The position numbers were made by a program, and so were the translations under genes. Below, piece by piece: positions 19,679 through 27,243 of a stretch of 64,000 bases of DNA. The stretch is from Candidatus Omnitrophota bacterium. GTDB lineage: Bacteria > Omnitrophota > Gorgyraeia > Duberdicusellales > 4484-171. Location of the stretch: NCBI GenBank assembly GCA_037146775.1, contig JBAWWL010000004.1, positions 22,471 to 86,470 of the forward strand. Reading direction: 5' to 3'. The stretch's first letter is position 1. Each line of letters opens with the position of its first letter. The notes below the pieces were generated by a model. It did no database searches, was not told where the DNA came from, and worked only from the letters and a program-made list of their open reading frames with translations.

Positions 19679-20474
19679 ATAATATTGCTACTACTCTCGC
19701 CCAGGCAGCTCCGGTAGTTTTAATTTTTACCGGAAAACAAATTACTTTAAATCCGAAATCCGGCAATTGCTCCAAATGAGCTAAGCGTTCTATATGGATA
19801 AACTCTCTTTTACGGCCGTAGAAATGCGTAGGGTATAGCTTCTTGGGATCTTTTGTTTCTAAAAACTCTTTGAGCATAAATTTATAAGGCCGGTCTATAC
19901 CCATGGTATCTACTCCAAAGATCGTAATACCTTTATCTAAAAGATAATCTATCGCCGAAATATCTACTCCTGGATAATCGCTAAAATATTTTTGCCCGCC
20001 GTATAATTTATCCGCCCCGGTACGTAAAAGTACAATGTCTAAGGCTTTGAGCGAATAATTTATTTTCTTTAATGCTGCCTCGATGTCGGCAGCAATAATG
20101 ACTTCATTTGGTTTTTTATGCGAAACGTCAAGTTTTACACCGTTTTGATAACACCACTGGAGAGGAATTTCTTCGGCGGTCTTTGAGGCGCGGCCTTCGG
20201 ACTTTGAACCGTAATGAAATGAGTAATCCAAGTGTGTTCCGATGTGTACTGGCGAATGCACTATTTCCAAAGACAAGAACTCTTCGTCGGGCAAGTCTTC
20301 TTTTCTTACAATACGCTTACCTAATATATATTGGAGTTTACCTTTAAGGGTTTTACCCATCAATACGCGGTTGAATTTTTCAACGCCTGCCTGATGAGAC
20401 ACACGCTCAATCTCCACATGGTGGACTTCAAAGGCCTTATCGTCTATGGGAAGGCTTAGGTCGATTATTTGCAT
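19677..20474 (-). CDS. PF04199 'putative cyclase' family protein (kynurenine formamidase-like fold)
   Basis: 265 aa with the HxGTHxD metal motif (HIGTHLDYSFH) characteristic of the cyclase/arylformamidase family. Confidence 0.75.
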   Translation of the reverse strand: MQIIDLSLPIDDKAFEVHHVEIERVSHQAGVEKFNRVLMGKTLKGKLQYILGKRIVRKEDLPDEEFLSLEIVHSPVHIGTHLDYSFHYGSKSEGRASKTAEEIPLQWCYQNGVKLDVSHKKPNEVIIAADIEAALKKINYSLKALDIVLLRTGADKLYGGQKYFSDYPGVDISAIDYLLDKGITIFGVDTMGIDRPYKFMLKEFLETKDPKKLYPTHFYGRKREFIHIERLAHLEQLPDFGFKVICFPVKIKTTGAAWARVVAIL

Positions 20475-20480
20475 ATTTTG

Positions 20481-20548
20481 TTTCTGAAGTCAGAAGACAG
20501 ACGTCAGAAGTCAGATTTTTCTGTCCTCTGTTTTCTGTCATCTGTCAT
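20481..20548. repeat. Intergenic inverted repeat, family 1 copy B
   Basis: The left arm tctgaagtcagaagacagacgtcagaagtcaga, then tttttc, then tgtcctctgttttctgtcatctgtcatct. It shares cagaagtcaga and ctgtcctctg blocks with copies A and C. It sits between the ACP stop and the cyclase start, ending 6 nt before the cyclase ATG. Confidence 0.5.
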
Positions 20549-20557
20549 CTAATTTTA

Positions 20558-20788
20558 TCACTTCTTCTTTTCAATTAGTTGTGCAATTTCAAGTGGTGTT
20601 GAAAATTTAGAGATCTCATTAGCCGCGAGTTTAACGCCAAAACGCTTGCCCAACGAAACACAAAGCTCAACCATTTCGGTTGAATCCACTCCTATAGAAT
20701 CGTATAATTTTTCACTTTCGCCAATTTCATCCACTTTCACATCCAAGATATCTGCGATTGCGTTTACGACATCCTCTTTTGAAGCCAT
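20558..20788 (-). CDS. Acyl carrier protein
   Basis: 76 aa with a phosphopantetheine-attachment motif (GVDSTEMVEL) in the standard helix II position. Confidence 0.85.
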   Translation of the reverse strand: MASKEDVVNAIADILDVKVDEIGESEKLYDSIGVDSTEMVELCVSLGKRFGVKLAANEISKFSTPLEIAQLIEKKK

Positions 20789-20821
20789 ATTCCCTCCTTT
20801 GATATAAGTAATTTTAATTTT

Positions 20822-21826
20822 TTATTTCAAACTATGTTTCTTGAAAAATTCCCAAATCTGCTCGAATGATATATCGCAAGAAACAGGTCCAACCATATTC
20901 GCTGGTAAATACTGCGCTCCACTGGGATACGCGTGCCCCATTCCTTCTACCATACATAACACAACTTCTGAACCTTGTGCGCAATCGTTATAGATCACGC
21001 ACCTCGCTGCGCCGTTTTCGTATCCGGCGACCTGTTTATCTGAACATTGGTTTATCTTTTTCCATACATCCACCACTTGATAAGGAGTCATCCTTTGATA
21101 GGGCATAGCAAAACCTGTACCACTATCTTTAGCAAAAATACTTCTTGGTTCGCTACCGTCGGGAGGATTGGCTGGATCAGCCGTACCGTGGATATTCATT
21201 ACCGGCATTGACCGGGACGGTTGGCATTCTGATTTTACTGCAGCGGGAGTCACAGTAGCAATAGCTGCTATTTTTTCTGAAAGTTCGCAGCCAAGCCGAT
21301 TAGTCATCAAACCACCGTTCGAAATACCGGTAGCATAAATCCTTCTGGCATCAACTTTAAATTTCGCTTTCAATTCGTCTATCATTTTGGAAATAAAGCC
21401 TACGTCGTCGGCGGAACCGCAACATTCGCCGGTTGCCCATTTCCCACCATTCCAAACTCCTCTTAAATGCCCAAATGTTAACTCGCCGGTTCCTTCCGGA
21501 ACCGCCAAGATAAAACCAAATTTATCTGCTGCTTTATCTACACCATCCATATAGACTGCTCGCATATCGCCAGAGCCTCCATGGATATAGATAACAACTG
21601 CAAAAATCGTTTTTCCGTCATAGGCTGGCGGGAGATGAACCTTATATTTTCTAATTATTCCGTCATGCGCTAAAGAAAATTCCGGATCGTCAGCACCGTA
21701 AGACTTTTCTTTCTTTTCTTGTGGGCGTTTCTTTATTTTTTCCTTCAAAATATTTTGAGCGGAAACGCTGGAAGAAAATACAAATAAAATACTCAATATC
21801 GCAATTATAGCTTTGTGCTTTTCCAT
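20822..21826 (-). CDS. Secreted alpha/beta-hydrolase esterase of the PHB-depolymerase (LpqC/Esterase_PHB) type
   Basis: Trimmed to MEKHKAIIAILSILFVFSSSVSA... (signal peptide). IYIHGGSG and GISNGG (GxSxG nucleophile elbow) motifs. Its ATG overlaps the KS-beta stop as TAATG. Confidence 0.65.
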   Translation of the reverse strand: MEKHKAIIAILSILFVFSSSVSAQNILKEKIKKRPQEKKEKSYGADDPEFSLAHDGIIRKYKVHLPPAYDGKTIFAVVIYIHGGSGDMRAVYMDGVDKAADKFGFILAVPEGTGELTFGHLRGVWNGGKWATGECCGSADDVGFISKMIDELKAKFKVDARRIYATGISNGGLMTNRLGCELSEKIAAIATVTPAAVKSECQPSRSMPVMNIHGTADPANPPDGSEPRSIFAKDSGTGFAMPYQRMTPYQVVDVWKKINQCSDKQVAGYENGAARCVIYNDCAQGSEVVLCMVEGMGHAYPSGAQYLPANMVGPVSCDISFEQIWEFFKKHSLK

Positions 21827-23070
21827 TACTTCTCTACTGCCAACACCACATTTATCCCGCCGCGGCCGCGCGCCAACAACAATGCTTTTTTTATCTTCTT
21901 TTCGCGGGCAACGTTCGGCGTATAGTCGAGATCGCAATAAGGGTCTGCCATTTCATAATTGACGGTAGGAAGAACTAAATTATTGTTCATGGAAAGCAGA
22001 GTTATGATCAAATCTAGGGCTGTTTGTGCACCCAAGAGATTTCCGTACATACTTTTCGGCGCACTGAGACTAATGTGTTCTAATTCTTTACCGAATACAT
22101 GTTTTAAGGCTTGCGTCTCCAGATAATCGCCCATCACGGTCGCCTCAGCATCAAGACAAATATAATCTATTTCTTTCTTGGTCCAACCCGCATCCCGAAG
22201 GCATTCCTCTATCGCATATTCGAGCATATCCGGGGTTGGGCTATAGCGCTGGTAATGATACCCGTCTGAAGAAAATCCAACACCCCTCAAAAATCCGTAA
22301 ATATGCGCGCCTCGGGACTTGGCGTGTTCTTCTTTTTCTAAATTGACTATGCCTGAGCCTTCGCCCAAAACAAAACCATCACGGTATAAATCATAGGGTT
22401 TATACGCTTTTTTCGGATTAAGGTTGTTCTTAGACAATTGTCCGCAGGAATTTGAACTTAAAAGCGCGTAAGGCGTGATGGGCGCTTCCATTCCTCCGGC
22501 TAAAATATAATCATTTTTTCCTTCACTAATATTTTTCGCGCCATACCACAGGGCAAGCGCCGAAGAAGCTTTATCGCATACAACCGTTTTGCTGTAACCC
22601 TTAAAACCGTAATAAATAGTGATCTGACCTTGCGGAGCTGCAGGAAACCATGCGCTGGCCATATAGGGTGAGACCCCTTCTCTACCTTCAATATACATAT
22701 CGCGCAGTTCTGTTTCCGCAAAAAGCCAACCCCCTATCGCATTACCCATAAAAACACCGACACGTTTTTTATCTACTTTATCCAAATCTACTTTTGCATC
22801 CTGCAACGCTTGCTCGCTGGCAACAAGTGCCATATGTGAAAACACGTCTATTTTTTTCACCAAGCGGCTGGGCAGATGCGAATAATGGTCAAGTTCGTGA
22901 ACTTGGCCGGCAATACGTGAAGGATACAAAGAAGCATCAAAACGCGTAATCTCGTCTATAAAGGATTTGCATTTTTTTAGGTTCGCCCAAAAAGTTTCTT
23001 TTTTTAAACCCGCGGGAGAAACAACGCCGATGCCGGTTATAGCAACTCTTTCTTTCATCATACTCTCCAT
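21826..23070 (-). CDS. Ketosynthase paralogue lacking the catalytic His-His pair (chain-length-factor-like KS-beta)
   Basis: 414 aa with a thiolase/KAS fold. The HGTGT and GHxxGAAG His motifs present in the adjacent KS are replaced by CLDAEATVMGDY and NLLGAQTALD. The active-site Cys region is altered (VVCDKASSAL). 13-nt overlap with the upstream KS. Confidence 0.75.
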   Translation of the reverse strand: MESMMKERVAITGIGVVSPAGLKKETFWANLKKCKSFIDEITRFDASLYPSRIAGQVHELDHYSHLPSRLVKKIDVFSHMALVASEQALQDAKVDLDKVDKKRVGVFMGNAIGGWLFAETELRDMYIEGREGVSPYMASAWFPAAPQGQITIYYGFKGYSKTVVCDKASSALALWYGAKNISEGKNDYILAGGMEAPITPYALLSSNSCGQLSKNNLNPKKAYKPYDLYRDGFVLGEGSGIVNLEKEEHAKSRGAHIYGFLRGVGFSSDGYHYQRYSPTPDMLEYAIEECLRDAGWTKKEIDYICLDAEATVMGDYLETQALKHVFGKELEHISLSAPKSMYGNLLGAQTALDLIITLLSMNNNLVLPTVNYEMADPYCDLDYTPNVAREKKIKKALLLARGRGGINVVLAVEK

Positions 23071-24308
23071 TTTTTGAATATAATAGACGAATGTATTCCG
23101 GAAAATCCACTGCTGGTTTTCAAAATATAATTAGGCATATATTGCCTTTTTACATTGGGAATATAATCTAAGTCACATTTCGGGTCAGGTTCTTCCTGGT
23201 TTATCGTGGGAGGTAAATAGCCTTTTTCGAAAATCATCGCGCATAAAACACTTTCTACTGCGTTCGCCGCAGCCAAGGGGTGTCCGATCATCGACTTCAC
23301 TGAACTGATAGGCAATTTATATGCGTAATCGCCGAATACTGCCTTATAGGCGTTAGTCTCAAAAACGTCGTTTTGACGGGTAGATGACCCGTGAGTGTTG
23401 ATATAATCTATATCTTCATTTTTTATTCCTGCGTCTTTAATTGCGTCTTTAATGCAGCGCTCCATTGCTTCGCCATCTTCCGGCAGATCGGTCATATGAA
23501 AGGCATTGCAACTGGTACCGTAACCGACTAATTCTCCATAAATATGCACACCTCTTTTTTTGGCGTGTTCAAGTTCTTCCAAAACTAAAACCCCGGCGCC
23601 TTCGGAAATTACAAAACCATTTCTCTTGTTATCAAAGGGACGGCTGGCTTTGTGTGGTTCGTCGTTGTTCTTAGCCAAAACATTAACTACGTCAAACGCG
23701 CCAAAGGTAATCGGACACACCGGCGCCTCCGTGCCTCCGGCGATAATCATGTCTTGCCGGCCTTCTCGGATAAGTTCGAAAGAAAATCCGAGCGAATCCG
23801 TTGCGGCGGTACAGCCGGTAGAAACTGTACAATTGAGTCCCTGTGTATGATAGAGAGCTCCTATTTCGGCACTCGGCGTATTAAACATGGCTGCATCATA
23901 AAGATATGGCCGGCCCTTACGCGGATCGATAGGTTTTTTACCCCAATCGGTTACCAACAAGAATTCCTCTTCCATGAAGCGCGTACCGCAGATAGCGTTA
24001 GCCAAAACGACTCCGCATCTTTTCCTGTCTATCTTGTTAAAATCAATATGGCTGTCCTCAACTGCCTGCTTGGCCGCGGCAATACCAAACTGTACATATC
24101 TATCCATGCGTATATGGTCTTTTATTCCGAATTTTAACGGGTCAAAACCTAAATCTTGTGAGGCTATTTTTGAGACAAATAAGCTTACGTCAAAATTTTC
24201 AACCCTTTCAACAAAAGGTTTACCCGCAATAAGGTTGTCGTAAAAAGTATTCTTATCTTCTCCTGCCGCGCTGATTACCCCGATTCCTGTTATAACTACA
24301 CGTTTCAT
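23058..24308 (-). CDS. Beta-ketoacyl synthase (KS-alpha; FabF/type II PKS KS family)
   Basis: 416 aa. Active-site Cys in VSTGCTAATDSLG, His in YINTHGSST and His in MIGHPLAAA. Confidence 0.85.
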   Translation of the reverse strand: MKRVVITGIGVISAAGEDKNTFYDNLIAGKPFVERVENFDVSLFVSKIASQDLGFDPLKFGIKDHIRMDRYVQFGIAAAKQAVEDSHIDFNKIDRKRCGVVLANAICGTRFMEEEFLLVTDWGKKPIDPRKGRPYLYDAAMFNTPSAEIGALYHTQGLNCTVSTGCTAATDSLGFSFELIREGRQDMIIAGGTEAPVCPITFGAFDVVNVLAKNNDEPHKASRPFDNKRNGFVISEGAGVLVLEELEHAKKRGVHIYGELVGYGTSCNAFHMTDLPEDGEAMERCIKDAIKDAGIKNEDIDYINTHGSSTRQNDVFETNAYKAVFGDYAYKLPISSVKSMIGHPLAAANAVESVLCAMIFEKGYLPPTINQEEPDPKCDLDYIPNVKRQYMPNYILKTSSGFSGIHSSIIFKKWRV

Positions 24309-24324
24309 TTTTTACCTCTTATTA

Positions 24325-24416
24325 TCAGAAGTCAGACGTCAGAGGACAGAGAACAGAAGATAAATTTTTCTGTCGTCCACCATCTGTCACCTATCGTCTG
24401 TCCTCTGTTTTCTGCT
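24325..24416. repeat. Inverted repeat, family 1 copy C (left arm intergenic, right arm overlapping the last 8 codons of the ApbA-fusion gene)
   Basis: atcagaagtcagacgtcagaggacagagaacagaagataaa ... gtctgtcctctgttttctg. It shares acagaagataaa and gtctgtcctctg with copy A. Confidence 0.5.
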
Positions 24417-26027
24417 CACCTTAAACACTATATTTCCTCCGTCAGGACAAGTCACTGTATTAATACCGTCCGGATCATCCATAAAGAAAAACTTTGCGCC
24501 GAAGTTAAGAGCAAATAACGCAGGAAAAGCGCAATGATATGCCGCACCACAGAAACCTTCCGAACATTTCAGCCCCTTAACTTCAAATTTATCTCCCAGC
24601 TTATACTGATACGCACATTTTCCTTTTGCTTGCACTACTTCTAAAACCATATCTTTAGGGTTGGGCCCTTTATGATTCGGGTCTTTTTCTATTGTTTCTA
24701 TATTTCCTTCTTTGTCAAATATTTCCGCTTTAAACTCTAATTTTCCTCCATCAGGACAAGTCACTAAAAGCGATCGTTGATTATCTCTAAAAGGAAATTT
24801 TGCGCCAAAACTTAAAGCATAAATAACAGGAAATAATGCGTGCGCCAGCCCCAGACAAAAATGCTTGGGGGGATGAGTGAAATCTTCCAAGATAATTTCA
24901 TCACCAATCTTGTAGCCGTGGTAACAATCTCCTTCTACTTTATTGACGGTAAGTTTCAAGCGTGGAAAGGGCGTATTAACTCTTTCTTCGCCCGCCAAAG
25001 TGGCTGCCTGAGGAATCAAATTCTTGGTTTTTGCAACAAGCTCGTCTATGGTTAGAAACTTTTTATCTTTCTCTACTTTATGCACAAGTTCAGCAAGTTT
25101 TTTATTGAGCGGGGTGTGGTAAGAGCATTCTTTTCCTAATTCCATAAAAGCTCCATTTAAATAATCAATTTCTGAAGGCCGGTCCCGCTTGATACTTTGC
25201 AATATTGAGCCATAAAGCGGCTCCTTGCTTAAACCGACCATGATGCCAGAAAATATTTTAGCTGCGTCTTTTATCGGCAAAGACGTTAATTTTACTATTT
25301 GTTCAATGCGAAAATCGGGTAAATCAAACAGCTTTATTCCCGCTTTTCTTACGACACCAAGGCCCTCCTGCCATATGCCGATACTTATTTCGCATAAATC
25401 CAAATTAGCGAAACACTCCTGCATACTTTTTCCGGTAATGGCGGGAATGCAGTTGTTGGCGTTAGCAAAAACTTTCAGCCACTTCATTCCCATAATATTA
25501 TCGCTCACTTCAACGGGAAAAATTTTGCTTAGTATATTCTTTACCTCTGCAACGCTGCTGTCGTTTTTAGCGTAAGGCTTGCCTATTACCCATTTTCTGT
25601 CGAAGTTATGCACCACCTTCCCCGGCTCTAAATAGGTTGAGCCAAACATCACAATGCTAGAAATAATATTTTCTCGAGCGGTATACCTGGAAACAATTTC
25701 ATCAGCTTTTACGCCATTTTGGGTGGTTACAATAGGCGTATTTTCTAAATATTTTCGGTTTTGTTCCAAAGCATTTTCTATATCCTGGGTTTTGGTTGCC
25801 AAAATAATAAGGTCTACCTGAGTATTAAGTTTTTCAAAAACATCGATTTTGATTTTGAAATTTCCCCTCACACCGGAGATTTGCAGACCATTTTTAACTA
25901 TAGCGCTGACAGAGTCTTTATGCCCAACCAAAAAGATATCTTGGTTGGCTTCCTTTAGATACCCAGCAACCAAACCTCCAATAGCCCCCGAACCTATAAC
26001 CGCTATTTTCATACTCGCTCCGCTCAT
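24387..26027 (-). CDS. Ketopantoate reductase (ApbA/PanE)-family NAD(P) oxidoreductase fused to two C-terminal Cys/His-rich ~85-aa repeats (motif C-x2-[YH]...FC...FP...FGAKF.F.D...CPDGG..FK)
   Basis: The N-terminal IAVIGSGAIGG Rossmann motif and ApbA-like body cover roughly residues 1-330. Two tandem repeats cover residues about 375-455 and 460-540, each ending in an invariant V-T-CPDGG block. Confidence 0.65.
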   Translation of the reverse strand: MSGASMKIAVIGSGAIGGLVAGYLKEANQDIFLVGHKDSVSAIVKNGLQISGVRGNFKIKIDVFEKLNTQVDLIILATKTQDIENALEQNRKYLENTPIVTTQNGVKADEIVSRYTARENIISSIVMFGSTYLEPGKVVHNFDRKWVIGKPYAKNDSSVAEVKNILSKIFPVEVSDNIMGMKWLKVFANANNCIPAITGKSMQECFANLDLCEISIGIWQEGLGVVRKAGIKLFDLPDFRIEQIVKLTSLPIKDAAKIFSGIMVGLSKEPLYGSILQSIKRDRPSEIDYLNGAFMELGKECSYHTPLNKKLAELVHKVEKDKKFLTIDELVAKTKNLIPQAATLAGEERVNTPFPRLKLTVNKVEGDCYHGYKIGDEIILEDFTHPPKHFCLGLAHALFPVIYALSFGAKFPFRDNQRSLLVTCPDGGKLEFKAEIFDKEGNIETIEKDPNHKGPNPKDMVLEVVQAKGKCAYQYKLGDKFEVKGLKCSEGFCGAAYHCAFPALFALNFGAKFFFMDDPDGINTVTCPDGGNIVFKVSRKQRTDDR

Positions 26028-26030
26028 ATT

Positions 26031-26106
26031 GATTACACTGATTGAGAAAAGATTACAGTGATTTTAATTGCTATTGCTGTAATCACTCTCCTAATCTGTG
26101 TAATCA
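26031..26106. repeat. Nested hairpins, family 3 copy (gattacac/gtgtaatc outer stem, gattacag/ctgtaatc inner stem; contains the 18-mer tcctaatctgtgtaatca)
   Basis: Seen directly in the 82-bp spacer between the 26110 stop and the 26027 start. Confidence 0.4.
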
Positions 26107-26109
26107 ATT

Positions 26110-26373
26110 TTATGTTTGTATGTATTTTTCGTATTCAATACCAAGCTTAGTAAATAATCTTTTCATCATATCCTTGAATGCCGGAGGAATTTCCTTGAAA
26201 AATGCTTCCACCAGCTCTTTCTCTTCTACGCTTGTCAGATTTTTACTTTTGGCAATTTCTTCCGCCGACTCCTTAACCAATCTTTCGGCAATAGTACGGT
26301 GAAATTGCGGCAAATTGCTGATTACTTTATCGAATATTTCTTTTGCCTTTGGACTCCATTGCATATCAGACAT
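26110..26373 (-). CDS. Small alpha-helical protein of unknown function (weak resemblance to PCP_red-type domain)
   Basis: 87 aa. The W-SPKA-E...LPQFHRTIAERLVKESAE pattern resembles the W..EA...PxFVR motif of the protochlorophyllide-reductase C-terminal (PF08369-like) module. Low confidence. Confidence 0.4.
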   Translation of the reverse strand: MSDMQWSPKAKEIFDKVISNLPQFHRTIAERLVKESAEEIAKSKNLTSVEEKELVEAFFKEIPPAFKDMMKRLFTKLGIEYEKYIQT

Positions 26374-26464
26374 ATTTTAACTCCTTAATTCGCAGAAATC
26401 TAACCGATATATAGGATAGGCGCGAGGGATAATGGCAGAAGCGGATTGCCGCGGATATCCGCTT

Positions 26465-27190
26465 CTAAATTATTTCAAATACCGCCCTGGTCATCTTTTC
26501 TTCCGCATCGAATAGCCGAAAATCAGCGAAACCCATTTCACCGGTAAGCAAGTTATCCGAAGCTACCAATACCGCGGCTACTTTCCTTTTGTAGACATTA
26601 GCAATAGTCACGAACGGACTGGTCACCATGTCGACACAAATAGCGCCTTTTTCTATGTAAGGATTTACGATCTCTTTGGTTTCCCTAAACATCGCGTCCG
26701 TTGTCCAACAGCCGCCCTGATACACCGTTCCTTCTTTCTTGAAGATTGCCGCTAATTTACCGGTTAATTCTTTATCTACCTGAGAAACAAACTTTTCATC
26801 CACATAGTAACGCGTAGCGCCGTCGCCCCTGATAACTTTATCGACTACAACAAAATCTCCCACAGTCATTTCCTGCAACATCCCTCCGCAAGAACCCAAA
26901 CGAATAAGCGTCTGTATTCCTCCTACGCATAATATTTCTGTAACGAACGCTGAATCGGGGGCATAGAAGCCGCCGTTACCTACGGTGACTTTTTTTCCTT
27001 TGTACGTTCCGGTCCAAAAGGTATATCCTAAAAATGTAAAATTTTTTACGGGGTTTCCCAGATATTGAAGGCAACGCTGAGCTCGCTGCATTTGACCGCT
27101 GATAATACCGATTTCGCCAAAGTCTCCCGGCCTAAACTGTAAAGACTCTAGTAACCCCTTCGCATGCAGATGAACATCTCTTTGCATCAT
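26465..27190 (-). CDS. PNP_UDP_1 family nucleoside phosphorylase/nucleosidase (MTA/SAH-nucleosidase or futalosine-hydrolase-like)
   Basis: 241 aa with GxGGxxTL-type phosphate-binding and a fold pattern (TVGNGGFYAPDS..., VGGIQTLIRLGSCGG) typical of PF01048. Confidence 0.7.
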   Translation of the reverse strand: MMQRDVHLHAKGLLESLQFRPGDFGEIGIISGQMQRAQRCLQYLGNPVKNFTFLGYTFWTGTYKGKKVTVGNGGFYAPDSAFVTEILCVGGIQTLIRLGSCGGMLQEMTVGDFVVVDKVIRGDGATRYYVDEKFVSQVDKELTGKLAAIFKKEGTVYQGGCWTTDAMFRETKEIVNPYIEKGAICVDMVTSPFVTIANVYKRKVAAVLVASDNLLTGEMGFADFRLFDAEEKMTRAVFEII

Positions 27191-27243
27191 AAGCGCAACT
27201 CCTTTGTAAATAGAAATAAATCCTCGTTAATATACTCGCGGTT

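Noticed and set aside
15031-24416. Possibility that the CAGA-rich repeats are a CRISPR array
   Set aside because: The copies are imperfect inverted repeats, not identical direct repeats. They are separated by kilobases of coding DNA rather than 25-50 bp spacers, and no cas genes are present.
15144-27190. Interpreting B12-radical-SAM plus PNP-family nucleosidase as a hopanoid side-chain (HpnJ/HpnG-like) locus
   Set aside because: No squalene-hopene cyclase, HpnH or squalene synthase genes are in the window. The neighbourhood is dominated by KS/ACP/cyclase genes instead.
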